DNA of 64,000 nucleotides, taken from positions 1-64,000 of the forward strand of contig JBLDXI010000054.1 in NCBI GenBank assembly GCA_047495785.1, given 5' to 3'. The translations under genes and the position numbers were made by a program. The stretch comes from Lepidodermella squamata. Taxonomy: Eukaryota > Animalia > Gastrotricha. The notes under the pieces are model-generated. The model searched no databases, was not told where the DNA came from, and saw nothing but the letters and a program-made list of their open reading frames with translations. Positions 8,946-18,082 of this stretch are shown piece after piece; position 1 is the stretch's first letter, and each line of letters starts with the position of its first letter.

Positions 8946-9989
8946 ATGCCGCTACGCGAATTAACAACTGATGAACAAATTCGAATTCTTGAAGATTTAG
9001 ATAAGCAGGAGAAGATGTACGACCGACACTTGGCCATGGTTAAAGGTGATGTATATGCTTTAAAGTATAAGCATAGTGTAAATGTTGAACCCGATCCCCT
9101 TACAGCTTTGCATGAGACTTACAGGCAGATGCCAACTGTAGAGGCAATAAGATCCGTTGCCAAGGAGCTCAAACAAACAGCAAAGAGAAGCTTACCAACA
9201 GCTAATCACCCGCATCACCTAGAAGCGGTATTACCAAAGGCGGAACCGACAACTGAAGAGGCGAAGGAATCAGTGGAGGACATAGTTTTGAAGAGACATA
9301 ACTTCCCCACAGCTAAAGAAATTGAAGAGGCTGGGGCTGACCCCGCGCATATTATTGTATCTCTTTCGCACTATAATAAAAATGTGTTGGGCTCCCAACT
9401 AGCTCAGCTCACTAAAAAAGGATACAAAGACTCTCCACAGTATCAATCGATTCAAAATGATATACAGATTTTGAAAAACTTCAAGAACTCGTTGCTTGAG
9501 ACATTTGAGAATCAAAGGGTGCTACTTGAGAAAACTGGTACAGGTATATCCAACAATTATTTGAAGATTGGTAGGTTTTACGCCAGAAAAGACGACATAA
9601 AGCGAGGGGTTTTAAGGATTCGCAAGAAGAATAAAGGCAAAGTGCAAGGTTTAGCCGATATAGACATAAGTGATGGTGTCAAACAATTGCTCTTGAAAAG
9701 GTACAATCCGAAGGTGAACTTTTCCAAGCAAGACTATGATCAATACCAAAAAATTTGTGAACTGACTGGATATCGACCAAAACCCCATTCTAAAATCTGG
9801 AACAGAATTTACGTGACTGATGTTGTTGATGCCCAAAAGAGGCTCGTAAACGCGATTGGTGAAATCAGAGCGGGAAACAATAACGCTGAAATATATAACG
9901 AAGTTGTTAGTATTGCAGATTTTCTTTTGAAGAACAATAGATTGACCAAAGCTGAATACGAAAATCTAATAACAATGGTAAATGGGTGA
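8946..9989 (+). CDS. Conserved Polinton core protein (PZ-like)
   Basis: C-terminal IGEIRAGNNN motif typical of Polinton proteins; located between ATPase and penton; ATG 8946 preceded by TCTA. Confidence 0.7.
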   Translation: MPLRELTTDEQIRILEDLDKQEKMYDRHLAMVKGDVYALKYKHSVNVEPDPLTALHETYRQMPTVEAIRSVAKELKQTAKRSLPTANHPHHLEAVLPKAEPTTEEAKESVEDIVLKRHNFPTAKEIEEAGADPAHIIVSLSHYNKNVLGSQLAQLTKKGYKDSPQYQSIQNDIQILKNFKNSLLETFENQRVLLEKTGTGISNNYLKIGRFYARKDDIKRGVLRIRKKNKGKVQGLADIDISDGVKQLLLKRYNPKVNFSKQDYDQYQKICELTGYRPKPHSKIWNRIYVTDVVDAQKRLVNAIGEIRAGNNNAEIYNEVVSIADFLLKNNRLTKAEYENLITMVNG

Positions 9990-10722
9990 TCCAATATTTC
10001 TGCCTTTGGAATATTACTGCAATAACAGATCGGACGCCAGCAACGTCATCGATCGTTACCTAAATGATAAGATCGATTTCACAAAGCGCAGCATCGCCGT
10101 TTCATATATTCACTTTTACGATGTTTTTTATAATGTATCACAGGCTTCAGGTAATAGTAAGCTCAGATATAAAGATCCAGAAGATGCGACTTTTGAAATA
10201 CGATTTCCTGATGGAACCTTCACTTTTCGTGATTATAACAATTATATTCACTTTGTTATGAAAGGAAACGGCCATTTCAAGACCATCGATGGCTCAGAAG
10301 TTTACGGCATAAGCTTATCTGTCAATACTGTTCTGAATAAACTGAGCTTTCGAATTCAACCAGGTTACGCTCTTCTGATCGAGCATGATGCTACGTCTGA
10401 ATTTCTAGGTGTAGACAAAGGCGAATTCCGAGCAGATTTTAATGGGCAACATATTCCTAACATCACGATGTCAAATGACTCAATGTTTGTTCACTGTAAC
10501 GTCGTCAATAATAGCCTAGTCCCGGAGGTTAGTGATGTCATCTTCACCTGTCCGATTAACAAAAATTTCGGTCAACACGTTAACATTGTTCCAAATGAGA
10601 AACGTTACTTGTCCTGTACGAATGCTAATACACAAAACATAAAAATAACGCTCACCACCCAGGCTGGTGCAACACTGGAGATGACTGAAAGAAAATGGGG
10701 TATTGGTCTAGATATTCGCTAG
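9982..10722 (+). CDS. Minor capsid protein (penton, single jelly roll)
   Basis: FYNVS..N..LRY, FPDGTF, VHCNVV, ITLTTQAG pattern; beta-rich, 246 aa. Confidence 0.85.
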   Translation: MGDPIFLPLEYYCNNRSDASNVIDRYLNDKIDFTKRSIAVSYIHFYDVFYNVSQASGNSKLRYKDPEDATFEIRFPDGTFTFRDYNNYIHFVMKGNGHFKTIDGSEVYGISLSVNTVLNKLSFRIQPGYALLIEHDATSEFLGVDKGEFRADFNGQHIPNITMSNDSMFVHCNVVNNSLVPEVSDVIFTCPINKNFGQHVNIVPNEKRYLSCTNANTQNIKITLTTQAGATLEMTERKWGIGLDIR

Positions 10723-10745
10723 CTTTTTCTAGTTACTTTGTTATA

Positions 10746-11045
10746 ATGAAAAATCGCAGAACTAAAGCATATGTCGTAGGACGCGGTTACGTAGACATCG
10801 CAAGAAATATGCTCGACAAATTGACTGGTGTCTTACCGGTTCAGACTTTAGCCAAATCAGCTCTTTCAAAGGCAGCGGAAGTTGCCGGTGACAAAATAGG
10901 TGCATATGCCGCAAATAAACTTGCAGACAAAGTTATGCCGGCAAAGCCAGCTGAGCGCTCTATTCAGGCTATTGAGGAGCTTGAGAAGAAAATCAAAAGA
11001 GACATCGATAATTACACCGGAACAGGCTTTAAGCTGATACGCTAA
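10746..11045 (+). CDS. Small basic Ala/Lys-rich virion core protein (pVII/pX-like)
   Basis: Basic N-terminus, VVGRG and YTGTG adenain-like sites, amphipathic helices; lies between penton and major capsid. Confidence 0.7.
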   Translation: MKNRRTKAYVVGRGYVDIARNMLDKLTGVLPVQTLAKSALSKAAEVAGDKIGAYAANKLADKVMPAKPAERSIQAIEELEKKIKRDIDNYTGTGFKLIR

Positions 11046-11064
11046 ATATCTAATGCATATATAA

Positions 11065-12438
11065 ATGCTTCAATCCGAAATAGTGAACTGTCTCTTTGAG
11101 AGCCCGACCATAGATGATCGGCAGTTCGAAAGGAAAAGCTGGGCCGAGGTTTGTGCAACAAGCTTTATACAGGATCAGCCCTCTCAGCCTTCTCGCCTTA
11201 TCTTTTCTACATATAACTTGCGTGAGTTGTTTATATTGCCGAGGGAAGCCTATATCCAGTTGACTGTTGAGTTCCGACGAAACGATAGTCAGGCTTTCAA
11301 AGCAACCGACAAGTACGCAATTAGGAACCATGTTATATCCATGTTTGAAACAGTTGAAGTGCAAGTAGGTGATAATGATAACCAGGTAGAGCAAACACGT
11401 TATAACGAACACTGGAGCTCGTTGCTGGGCGTTATTCACTGGTCTGATGACTATGCGCGAAGTCTTGGGGAAGAATCACTTTTCGCCAGAGACTACCCAG
11501 CCCATGTCAATTATGATATGACTCCTGAAGTTACAGCAGAAAGTTTCGACCCTGCGAAGAACAGCTGCAACGAGGGACTACTCTTGAGATCTTTGTATGT
11601 TAAGGATCATAAGATGGTTGTCACACTTTACTTAAGGGACATTCCTTTCTTCCAAAATTATTTTGGGATGTGGACCAAGGCGAGATTTCGTGTGATATTA
11701 ACACCAAATTACACCAAACCCATAGTCGCAGCCATAGGGAAAAACGATGATTTGCCGGAAGGGATGCATTTCCAAATTTCGTCAGCTTATATGTTTATTC
11801 CGGAAGTCACATTGATGCCTGAAACTAGAGCACGCATTTTGAAAGCCTTCAATACGGGTCTCACGAAACTTTACAAATGGCAATCGCTAGAATGCTTTCA
11901 GAGCCCCCAGTTTGCTGTGAATAGTTCATCGGTACAATGGACAATCACATCTGAGATGAAAAAACCAAGCTGGCTGTATATTGTATTCTTGCAAGACTTC
12001 TCAGACGCAGAGTATCAAACAAAACTGACACAAATTTACACTCAGTGGAATATATTCAGCTACTCTCTCATGATAAACAATAAGGAGGCGTTTGCCGAGG
12101 CCAACATGAACTTTTCCCGCTTCAACGCTCACCGGCTCTATAACTATATTAAGGAAAACATGAACCATTTCAATGATCGTGAAAGCACGAACACTGGTAG
12201 TCAGCTTAGTTACCTTGATTTTTGTCGATTTTACCGTTTCCTGGCATTCAATCTGGAAAGTGTAGATGCCGGTGCTATATATAATTCACGCGGTGACCAA
12301 AGCGTGAGCGTCACATTCAAAGCTAGAATCAGCCCTGTCGATAAGCCATTAGTTATGTTTTGTTTTATTTTTAGAGAAAAAGAAATAGGCTTCAACTACA
12401 AAGACGACAAGCTCGAGATAAGCCTTAACATGCTCTGA
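11065..12438 (+). CDS. Major capsid protein (double jelly roll, hexon-like)
   Basis: 457 aa, beta-rich; LPREAYIQLTVEF, SMFETVEVQVG and KPSWLYIVF segments typical of Polinton capsids; context. Confidence 0.88.
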   Translation: MLQSEIVNCLFESPTIDDRQFERKSWAEVCATSFIQDQPSQPSRLIFSTYNLRELFILPREAYIQLTVEFRRNDSQAFKATDKYAIRNHVISMFETVEVQVGDNDNQVEQTRYNEHWSSLLGVIHWSDDYARSLGEESLFARDYPAHVNYDMTPEVTAESFDPAKNSCNEGLLLRSLYVKDHKMVVTLYLRDIPFFQNYFGMWTKARFRVILTPNYTKPIVAAIGKNDDLPEGMHFQISSAYMFIPEVTLMPETRARILKAFNTGLTKLYKWQSLECFQSPQFAVNSSSVQWTITSEMKKPSWLYIVFLQDFSDAEYQTKLTQIYTQWNIFSYSLMINNKEAFAEANMNFSRFNAHRLYNYIKENMNHFNDRESTNTGSQLSYLDFCRFYRFLAFNLESVDAGAIYNSRGDQSVSVTFKARISPVDKPLVMFCFIFREKEIGFNYKDDKLEISLNML

Positions 12439-12459
12439 ATTTTCTAACTTAGAATAATA

Positions 12460-13038
12460 ATGACTAAATACATTCCATTCGACATTAAACTAACAGAGAC
12501 ACAGAGAAGAGCATTTCAAAAACCAGGCCAAGTTGTATTGCGTTTCACAATTGATCAGCTTCTTGCAGATCCAAATGGTTCCAAGTTGTTGTTGACGCAA
12601 AGGCAGATAGATAAAGTAATGAAGAGCAAACAAAGGATGAAAGGGCTTGATATTAAACTGAGCAAAACTCAGCTCCGGAAGAATCAGTCTGGCGGGTTCC
12701 TGTTACCAGCGCTTGCCGCAGCTTCCAAATTTATAGCACCTGTAGCTGTTGCAGCGCTGAGCGGCCTTGCCAGTTCCCTCGCCAGTACAGCAGCTGACAA
12801 GATCGTAGGCAAAGGCGTGTCGCTGACAATACCAAAAGAGGATTTAAATGAACTGCAAAAGGCGGTTTCGCTTCTGGAATCCCGACAAATTGTGCCTGCT
12901 GGCAGTAGTAAGGCAATTAAAAGCCATATAGAGCAACAGGGTGGAGCTTTTATCTTGCCGCTTGTATCAAGCTTACTGGGTGCATTCCTTCCGACCTTAT
13001 TCGGAAAAGGGGTTTATATGCCGTGGGAAAAAAACTGA
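12460..13038 (+). CDS. Virion core / membrane-active precursor (protein X-like) with multiple adenain-type sites
   Basis: QSGG-FLLP, IVGKG, QQGG-AFILP and LFGKG flank hydrophobic/amphipathic segments. Confidence 0.75.
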   Translation: MTKYIPFDIKLTETQRRAFQKPGQVVLRFTIDQLLADPNGSKLLLTQRQIDKVMKSKQRMKGLDIKLSKTQLRKNQSGGFLLPALAAASKFIAPVAVAALSGLASSLASTAADKIVGKGVSLTIPKEDLNELQKAVSLLESRQIVPAGSSKAIKSHIEQQGGAFILPLVSSLLGAFLPTLFGKGVYMPWEKN

Positions 13039-13481
13039 CAAATACCGGGTTTTATCCCCTATCCAATCTTGAGATAACCGAAGCTTTGAAGAGGCTCCTC
13101 GGAAAAGACTTCAAGGGCTGTTATGCTCGGGATGACCTTCCTGATAAACTTGAACGAGGATATTACGTCATTAACCTGGACGATAAAGTTAACCGCGGAA
13201 GTCATTGGGTCTCAATGGCTGTGAAGTCGACTGAAATAATCTACTTCGATAGCTTCGGGTTTATATGCCCTAATGAGATCATTAAGCGTCGCGGCAAACG
13301 AGTTATTTGGTATTCCACACATGATATACAACATCCTGGCTCTGTTGCATGTGGCTTCTATGCCATTTACTTTCTAAGAGAATTAGGTAAAGGTAGGGAT
13401 AAGTTAGCTATTTTGCTAGACTTCAATAACACCGGGTCACCGCACAATGATGACTTACTGAAAAATCTATTGTTAAGCTAG
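13023..13481 (+). CDS. Adenain-like maturation cysteine protease; no ATG before the catalytic His, probably made by -1 frameshift from the upstream ORF
   Basis: GSHWV, YFDSFG and IQ....ACGFY catalytic motifs; overlaps the upstream ORF in the -1 frame across A AAA AAC TGA. Confidence 0.93.
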   Translation: MGKKLTNTGFYPLSNLEITEALKRLLGKDFKGCYARDDLPDKLERGYYVINLDDKVNRGSHWVSMAVKSTEIIYFDSFGFICPNEIIKRRGKRVIWYSTHDIQHPGSVACGFYAIYFLRELGKGRDKLAILLDFNNTGSPHNDDLLKNLLLS

Positions 13482-13483
13482 AT

Positions 13484-13663
13484 ATGTATTGCCTGCATTG
13501 TAGGAAAAACACTAAATCAGTGAATGAGCAGCAATTAGCCACTCGTAATAACCGAGCTCTCATGACAGGATCTTGTACACTCTGCGGTATGACAAAGTAT
13601 AAATTCATAAGAATGTTAAAGAGAAACGCCATCGTAGATAAAAAGGATGCAAGCGTCCGTTGA
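13484..13663 (+). CDS. 59-aa zinc-ribbon protein (DUF5679-like), absent from the ORF track
   Basis: MYCLHCRKNT...TRNNRALMTGSCTLCGMTKYKFI; two CxxC pairs; TCTA 14 nt upstream. Confidence 0.85.
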   Translation: MYCLHCRKNTKSVNEQQLATRNNRALMTGSCTLCGMTKYKFIRMLKRNAIVDKKDASVR

Positions 13664-14153
13664 AGATGAATTGAAGAGACTGATGGATAATTTTGAGAAT
13701 TCTAAATCAGTGAGAAAGACATTTTCTACCATGCCTTACGTGTATTGCGATGCGTGTGCCACAGAACTTTTGCTTGACGAAAGGGCGAATTTCAACGTAT
13801 GCCCAAACTGCGGTTTATGTTATCCATACTGTGAGCACTCCCCGCCATTCAAATTAGTACCTTACAAACGAAAATGGCATTTAATGACTGTAATTAAAAA
13901 GCGCGGTATAGAAATGCTACCTCCTCAACTTGAGAGGCTGATGTCGAGCTTTATCAAGTTTGACTCGGGCTATGCAGAACTCTTTCCCGATCAAAATATG
14001 ATGCACCTTGACTTTGTTATCAAAGCTCTGGCTCAGGAACATGGATACGACCTTGTGGCACAGAGCGTACACGTGAAATCGGTTAACGATAAGACGCTGA
14101 GGCAATGGCGGAATAAGTATAATCTAGTCATCGCTCATTATGAGATCGAATGA
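13647..14153 (+). CDS. VLTF3-like (poxvirus A2 / NCLDV late transcription factor) zinc-ribbon plus helical protein
   Basis: CDAC..VCPNCG zinc ribbon, then YKRKWHL (cf. YxRxxHF) and a helical C-terminal region. Confidence 0.65.
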   Translation: MQASVEDELKRLMDNFENSKSVRKTFSTMPYVYCDACATELLLDERANFNVCPNCGLCYPYCEHSPPFKLVPYKRKWHLMTVIKKRGIEMLPPQLERLMSSFIKFDSGYAELFPDQNMMHLDFVIKALAQEHGYDLVAQSVHVKSVNDKTLRQWRNKYNLVIAHYEIE

Positions 14154-14799
14154 AATATTCATTCCAAGTGAATGGTTTGAAAATACTCGACAGGCAGCAA
14201 TTTATTTGAGGGCAGACGGCAGTACTCCATTCGCGGCAAACCTAAACGCGAATAGCTACTGCATCGAAAATTTGGGCGGCCCCGTTTTCGACAACGATGC
14301 TGTAAGCAAAAATTGGGTTGAGCGAAGTTGTTTAATGATTCAATCCGATCAGACTGTTGACTTTAAAAATGCTAGGCTCACGAACATCCATCCACCAATA
14401 AATCCAAACGATGGCGCGATTCGGGCTTCCAGATTGATATGCTCTGGCAAGGTTTCTCTTGCGCGCGAGAATAAGCTAAGTTTTGATAACATGATTTCCG
14501 GAATGCCTGAAGTAAGCGATAGCTTAGTGTTTCGGGCAGACTTAACAGCCAGAGTGGAAATGTGGTTCCGGCTGGACGACAACAGAGCCACATCCTTCAC
14601 CCTTGATTTCTTCAAAAACAACGGTAACTTGTTCTCGAAATACTTCAACTATAACAATGTTAATTTGGAGAGCAGCAATGAATACTGTTCCTTTATAGAG
14701 CGATTCCGATTGAATGATAGCTTAACGGTTATTGCAGCAGCTGACGAAAGCATACAACTGTCATACATTTTGATTATTTCTAACCTAAAGAATACGTGA
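14140..14799 (+). CDS. Fibre/spike-like protein
   Basis: YLRADGS then two IxNLxxPxxxxDA-type shaft repeats and a beta-rich C-terminal head. Confidence 0.7.
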   Translation: MRSNEIFIPSEWFENTRQAAIYLRADGSTPFAANLNANSYCIENLGGPVFDNDAVSKNWVERSCLMIQSDQTVDFKNARLTNIHPPINPNDGAIRASRLICSGKVSLARENKLSFDNMISGMPEVSDSLVFRADLTARVEMWFRLDDNRATSFTLDFFKNNGNLFSKYFNYNNVNLESSNEYCSFIERFRLNDSLTVIAAADESIQLSYILIISNLKNT

Positions 14800-14813
14800 T
14801 AAATATATTCAGA

Positions 14814-15395
14814 ATGAATGACAACCAGCTAAAAACAGTAGATAGTATTTACCCCACTGCTCCTAGACTACAAATGTCTTCTACTCAAGAGTTCAGGCTT
14901 GCTGAGCTCCGGCGCCTAAATGATGTTTTCAACACAGAAATATCGAAAAGAAAGAAGCTTTATAATAGGTATTCCCGTTTTTCGTCAATTTGCAAAGCTA
15001 CTATTCATGGAATAACGGGCGGCACAACATCGCTTGCTATTGGTGGAATCGCACTACTGTCACTTGGCCTCCCAACCGGTATAATGTTGGAGATTACTGC
15101 AGCTTCGGGCGGCATGGTCATACTAGCTCTCAACCTGCTTGACTTAAAGTTCGAAAGGAAAGCCGAAAAACATGAAAGAATCGCCACTCTTGCCATGTCG
15201 AAAGCCAACTCAATAGGCGACATGATCAAAACAGCCCTGGAAGATAACCACATCAGTGACACTGAGTATCAGGTTATTATGAGAGAAAACGAGAAATTCC
15301 ATGATATGAAAAAGTTGCTTCAGAAGAGTTTAAACTGTGACCGCACGCAGATATTTCTTGAGGAACTGAAAAAGCACGGTGTGAACGTCCCTTGA
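14814..15395 (+). CDS. Polinton membrane protein: coiled coil, hydrophobic hairpin, N-terminal PTAP motif
   Basis: IYPTAP, FRLxxL..E...R....RY, two Gly-rich hydrophobic helices, KHERI..LA..K.NSI...ALED..IS..EY. Alternative GTG start at 14796. Confidence 0.8.
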   Translation: MNDNQLKTVDSIYPTAPRLQMSSTQEFRLAELRRLNDVFNTEISKRKKLYNRYSRFSSICKATIHGITGGTTSLAIGGIALLSLGLPTGIMLEITAASGGMVILALNLLDLKFERKAEKHERIATLAMSKANSIGDMIKTALEDNHISDTEYQVIMRENEKFHDMKKLLQKSLNCDRTQIFLEELKKHGVNVP

Positions 15396-15396
15396 G

Positions 15397-15651
15397 CTAG
15401 CGAAAAGGCGAGTAAAATATCACACGTTTCTTTGGTGTTCTAACTACTTTAGCATGATTGCCTTTGATTTTCGAAGGCTTTTTAATTCTATCCCTATTCA
15501 CAAAATACCCTAGCAACGCGACGATTACACTCAATGCAACAAAAATGCGTTGAAGCTGGGTGTTCGTCCTTAAGCAGTCGATCTGAAGTTCTCTTACAAG
15601 CACCTTAATATATGAGATTATTTCTTCTTGGGCACTCGAGTAAGTATTCAT
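15397..15651 (-). CDS. Small single-pass membrane protein
   Basis: IFVALSVIVALLGYFV helix followed by a basic tail; tightly packed with neighbours. Confidence 0.6.
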   Translation of the reverse strand: MNTYSSAQEEIISYIKVLVRELQIDCLRTNTQLQRIFVALSVIVALLGYFVNRDRIKKPSKIKGNHAKVVRTPKKRVIFYSPFR

Positions 15652-15669
15652 TAAGTATTAAAACGATTT

Positions 15670-16005
15670 TTATTTTTCTCGTCGCGCCCTCATTTCAGCT
15701 ATGAATTTCTCTATATCTGACTTCCTTTTCTGTCGCCGTTCATACAGCTCAGCTTTGCGCCTCTGGCTCTGTAACTTACGGTCGTTATCTTCTTTTTCCC
15801 TTGCAGTCAGCAAATCGCTGTATTTCTGTTCAATGACAGCCTTCTCGTTCTCCAAAGTCTTAATACGGGTATTTGAGGACTGTCTCTTGAGCGAGGAATA
15901 CTGATCGCTGATAATCTCAACTTCCTGCTTCAGTTTGTTGATATCTTCATCCTTCTCATCGACAATTTCATCGACCTCTGTGTATGAAAGAAATCCTTTC
16001 TCCAT
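15670..16005 (-). CDS. Charged coiled-coil protein
   Basis: E/K/R-rich heptads; AT-rich leader before the ATG. Confidence 0.7.
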   Translation of the reverse strand: MEKGFLSYTEVDEIVDEKDEDINKLKQEVEIISDQYSSLKRQSSNTRIKTLENEKAVIEQKYSDLLTAREKEDNDRKLQSQRRKAELYERRQKRKSDIEKFIAEMRARREK

Positions 16006-16012
16006 GCTTATA

Positions 16013-16270
16013 TTATTTACCGAGAAATCTTCTTCTTAGCAGGTAAGCTTTCTTGCCGCCGACATGGGTGACATCATTTGGAATCAGACTGACGTTGATG
16101 CCACCGCCCTTCAACGATGAGAACCGTTGTTGTTTGCCTAAATGATAGTAAATCGTGCCTCTGCTGAGTCCCACTTCAGCTGCGATTTCATCTACTGTCT
16201 TGGAGCTATTCTGATATTCATGGATTGCTTGGCTGATTTTGTCTGGATTTATTGCCTTGCGACGAAGCAT
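16013..16270 (-). CDS. Helix-turn-helix DNA-binding protein
   Basis: TVDEIAAEVGLSRGTIYYHL is a canonical HTH. Confidence 0.8.
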   Translation of the reverse strand: MLRRKAINPDKISQAIHEYQNSSKTVDEIAAEVGLSRGTIYYHLGKQQRFSSLKGGGINVSLIPNDVTHVGGKKAYLLRRRFLGK

Positions 16271-16578
16271 CTTATATTTATTTGAGAAATTTAAATATTT
16301 AAATATTTCAATGTTCCATAGTTCAAATGTTCAAACTAAATAAAGGATGTCATCAGCCAATTTATATATTAAAATATTTTAACATTTGTATGTTGAAATG
16401 CGGATTGTTACTTCTGCAATCGATTGGCTTCAACGCCCGATGGAGTCACGTCATGAAAAGGAGAAGCTGCAAGAGATGTTGCTTCCCTCAAGTAACTCGC
16501 TGATTTGCGTAAATGAACAATGAACTATTCTTAAATTGAGGTAAATTTAAAAGTCAAAATGGGATGCAGTCAACAATT

Positions 16579-16872
16579 TTAGTCCTCGTCACTTGATGGC
16601 ACAATGTCGTCAAATACAGTTAGAAATTGCGTAAATGCTTTTCGGGTTTCTTCATCATCAAAGGGGTACCGTTTAACTGCAGTTTCGACGCGTCTTCGCT
16701 CGATGTCTTCGTATGCAGATCTGCGCTTCTTTATCCTGCAGAATCGAGATACTCTCGAATAGTGTGCCAAAGCATCTTCGATGCGCATTCTCGGAAACAG
16801 ACTTTCCATTGCACGAACTTCTCGGTTGGGTTCGTCCCTAGTAGGCCTGATACTTTTGACATAGGTGCTCAC
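16579..16872 (-). CDS. Hypothetical Polinton protein
   Basis: Protein-like charged composition with acidic tail; start codon uncertain. Confidence 0.45.
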   Translation of the reverse strand: MSTYVKSIRPTRDEPNREVRAMESLFPRMRIEDALAHYSRVSRFCRIKKRRSAYEDIERRRVETAVKRYPFDDEETRKAFTQFLTVFDDIVPSSDED

Positions 16873-16982
16873 ATGGAAACAAAACGATGACAGGATGGGA
16901 CCATATAAGGTTCTGCGATGGTCCTGCCAGTCATCATCAAGATCAGGGGACGTTGTTAGGCAGTCCTGGTCATCGCTTACAG

Positions 16983-17249
16983 CTATGCATAACGAAGTCG
17001 AGGTTCAATCACGTATTTATCATACAACAATTTTTTACCAGAGACACCTCCTGCAGGTAGCCAAACTTTAACTTCTGCAACATTAGTACCATCTCTGTCC
17101 GCCAGTGCTGAAATTCGCTGTTGCTTGTTCGGTCCTGTCCAGTGGTAAGCTAATCTACACTCCATGCTTTCAGATGATGGGCAAGACTTTAGAAAAGTTA
17201 CTACGCGTGCAAAATACAGGCGGCATACTGATAAGCACAGTTTGATCAA
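16983..17249 (-). CDS. Hypothetical protein
   Basis: ORF co-oriented with neighbours; no motif; start uncertain. Confidence 0.3.
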   Translation of the reverse strand: MIKLCLSVCRLYFARVVTFLKSCPSSESMECRLAYHWTGPNKQQRISALADRDGTNVAEVKVWLPAGGVSGKKLLYDKYVIEPRLRYA

Positions 17250-17899
17250 TACACCTAGGGCGTCGTTGCCTTGGAAACTCCATTAATATTTAAACTTTTA
17301 TCAATACATTGGCTAATGGAAATTCAATTATGTTTCTGATTCATCGACACCCCATGATGAAAGCATTGCGCATTCATGTTGAAGGTATTGAATTATTCAT
17401 GAAAATAAGACGGTATTGTTCGAACAAAATCAATAGAAAGAACTATGCAGGTATGGAAACATATGTTGATTGACATTAAAGGATGCGGCTAGACATGCAC
17501 TCAACTAATTCGTAAGCTAACCCTGTGTACGAACGATTCACAATACATTTGAACAGCTGTGTAATTAAAGATTGTTTAGGTCTGAAAGGAAAGAAATTAA
17601 AATAAAATCGCCTGTTCGGAGATGAAAATATGAGAAGATCCATAGATTGGTGCCTTTGAGAGAGGATCTACCAAATGGCGCGAACCCCAGGGCACCTCCC
17701 TCGATGTTCAGCGCCTGGGACGCCATTTTGTTTCAAGGCATTTACACCGCGTCAATTGAATCACCCTATTTCAGTTTTCAGGTCATCGATCATCGCTGCC
17801 AGCTGAACCAGTCGTGCGATGAGACACTAGGAACTGAATTTCGCTTGAAGAGAAAGATTGAAACCACTCCCGTTATTATCGATTCATCATCGCTTGAAA

Positions 17900-18082
17900 A
17901 GGGGCGGGGTTTGAACTACCCGGTCCGCCCGGTGGTGCGGGCCCTACCCCACCAAACCCAGGCGGACAAGACCCCCGCCCATTTACGCGGTGTCACTTGA
18001 ATTTCAATTTAATTTAATTCGAGTTATCAGGTCATATTCACCTGGCCGGCTGCCCGGGCTAGTATCGGTATTTCTTACTACT
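17900..18082. repeat. Right terminal region (presumed TIR) with GC-rich nested hairpin and ACTACT terminus
   Basis: Nested complements GGGCGGGG/CCCCGCCC, GTCCGCC/GGCGGAC, GGTGG/CCACC. Terminus reads AGTAGTAAGAAATACCG on the minus strand. The partner TIR is not in the window. Confidence 0.65.

Larger units (their letters stand above)
8037..14782 (+). promoter_or_regulatory. Repeated TCTA late-promoter-like motif 11-14 nt before start codons of the virion module
   Basis: TCTA/ATG pairs: 8037/8053, 8931/8946, 9965/9982, 10728/10746, 11049/11065, 12443/12460, 13466/13484, 14123/14140; also 14779 before GTG 14796. Confidence 0.8.
1100..18082. mobile_element. Polinton/Maverick (beta-adintovirus-like) endogenous virus; right end at 18082, left end not found (start coordinate is a minimum estimate)
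   Basis: Full hallmark gene set (pPolB, rve integrase, A32-like ATPase, penton, DJR capsid, adenain). Terminal ACTACT at 18077-18082 lies exactly where host receptor coding sequence resumes. Confidence 0.95.

Noticed and set aside
18042-18063. Helitron 3' end (GC palindrome + CTAG/T)
   Set aside because: Host homology resumes 20 nt later, right after ACTACT, which fits a Polinton terminus better; no Rep/helicase is present.
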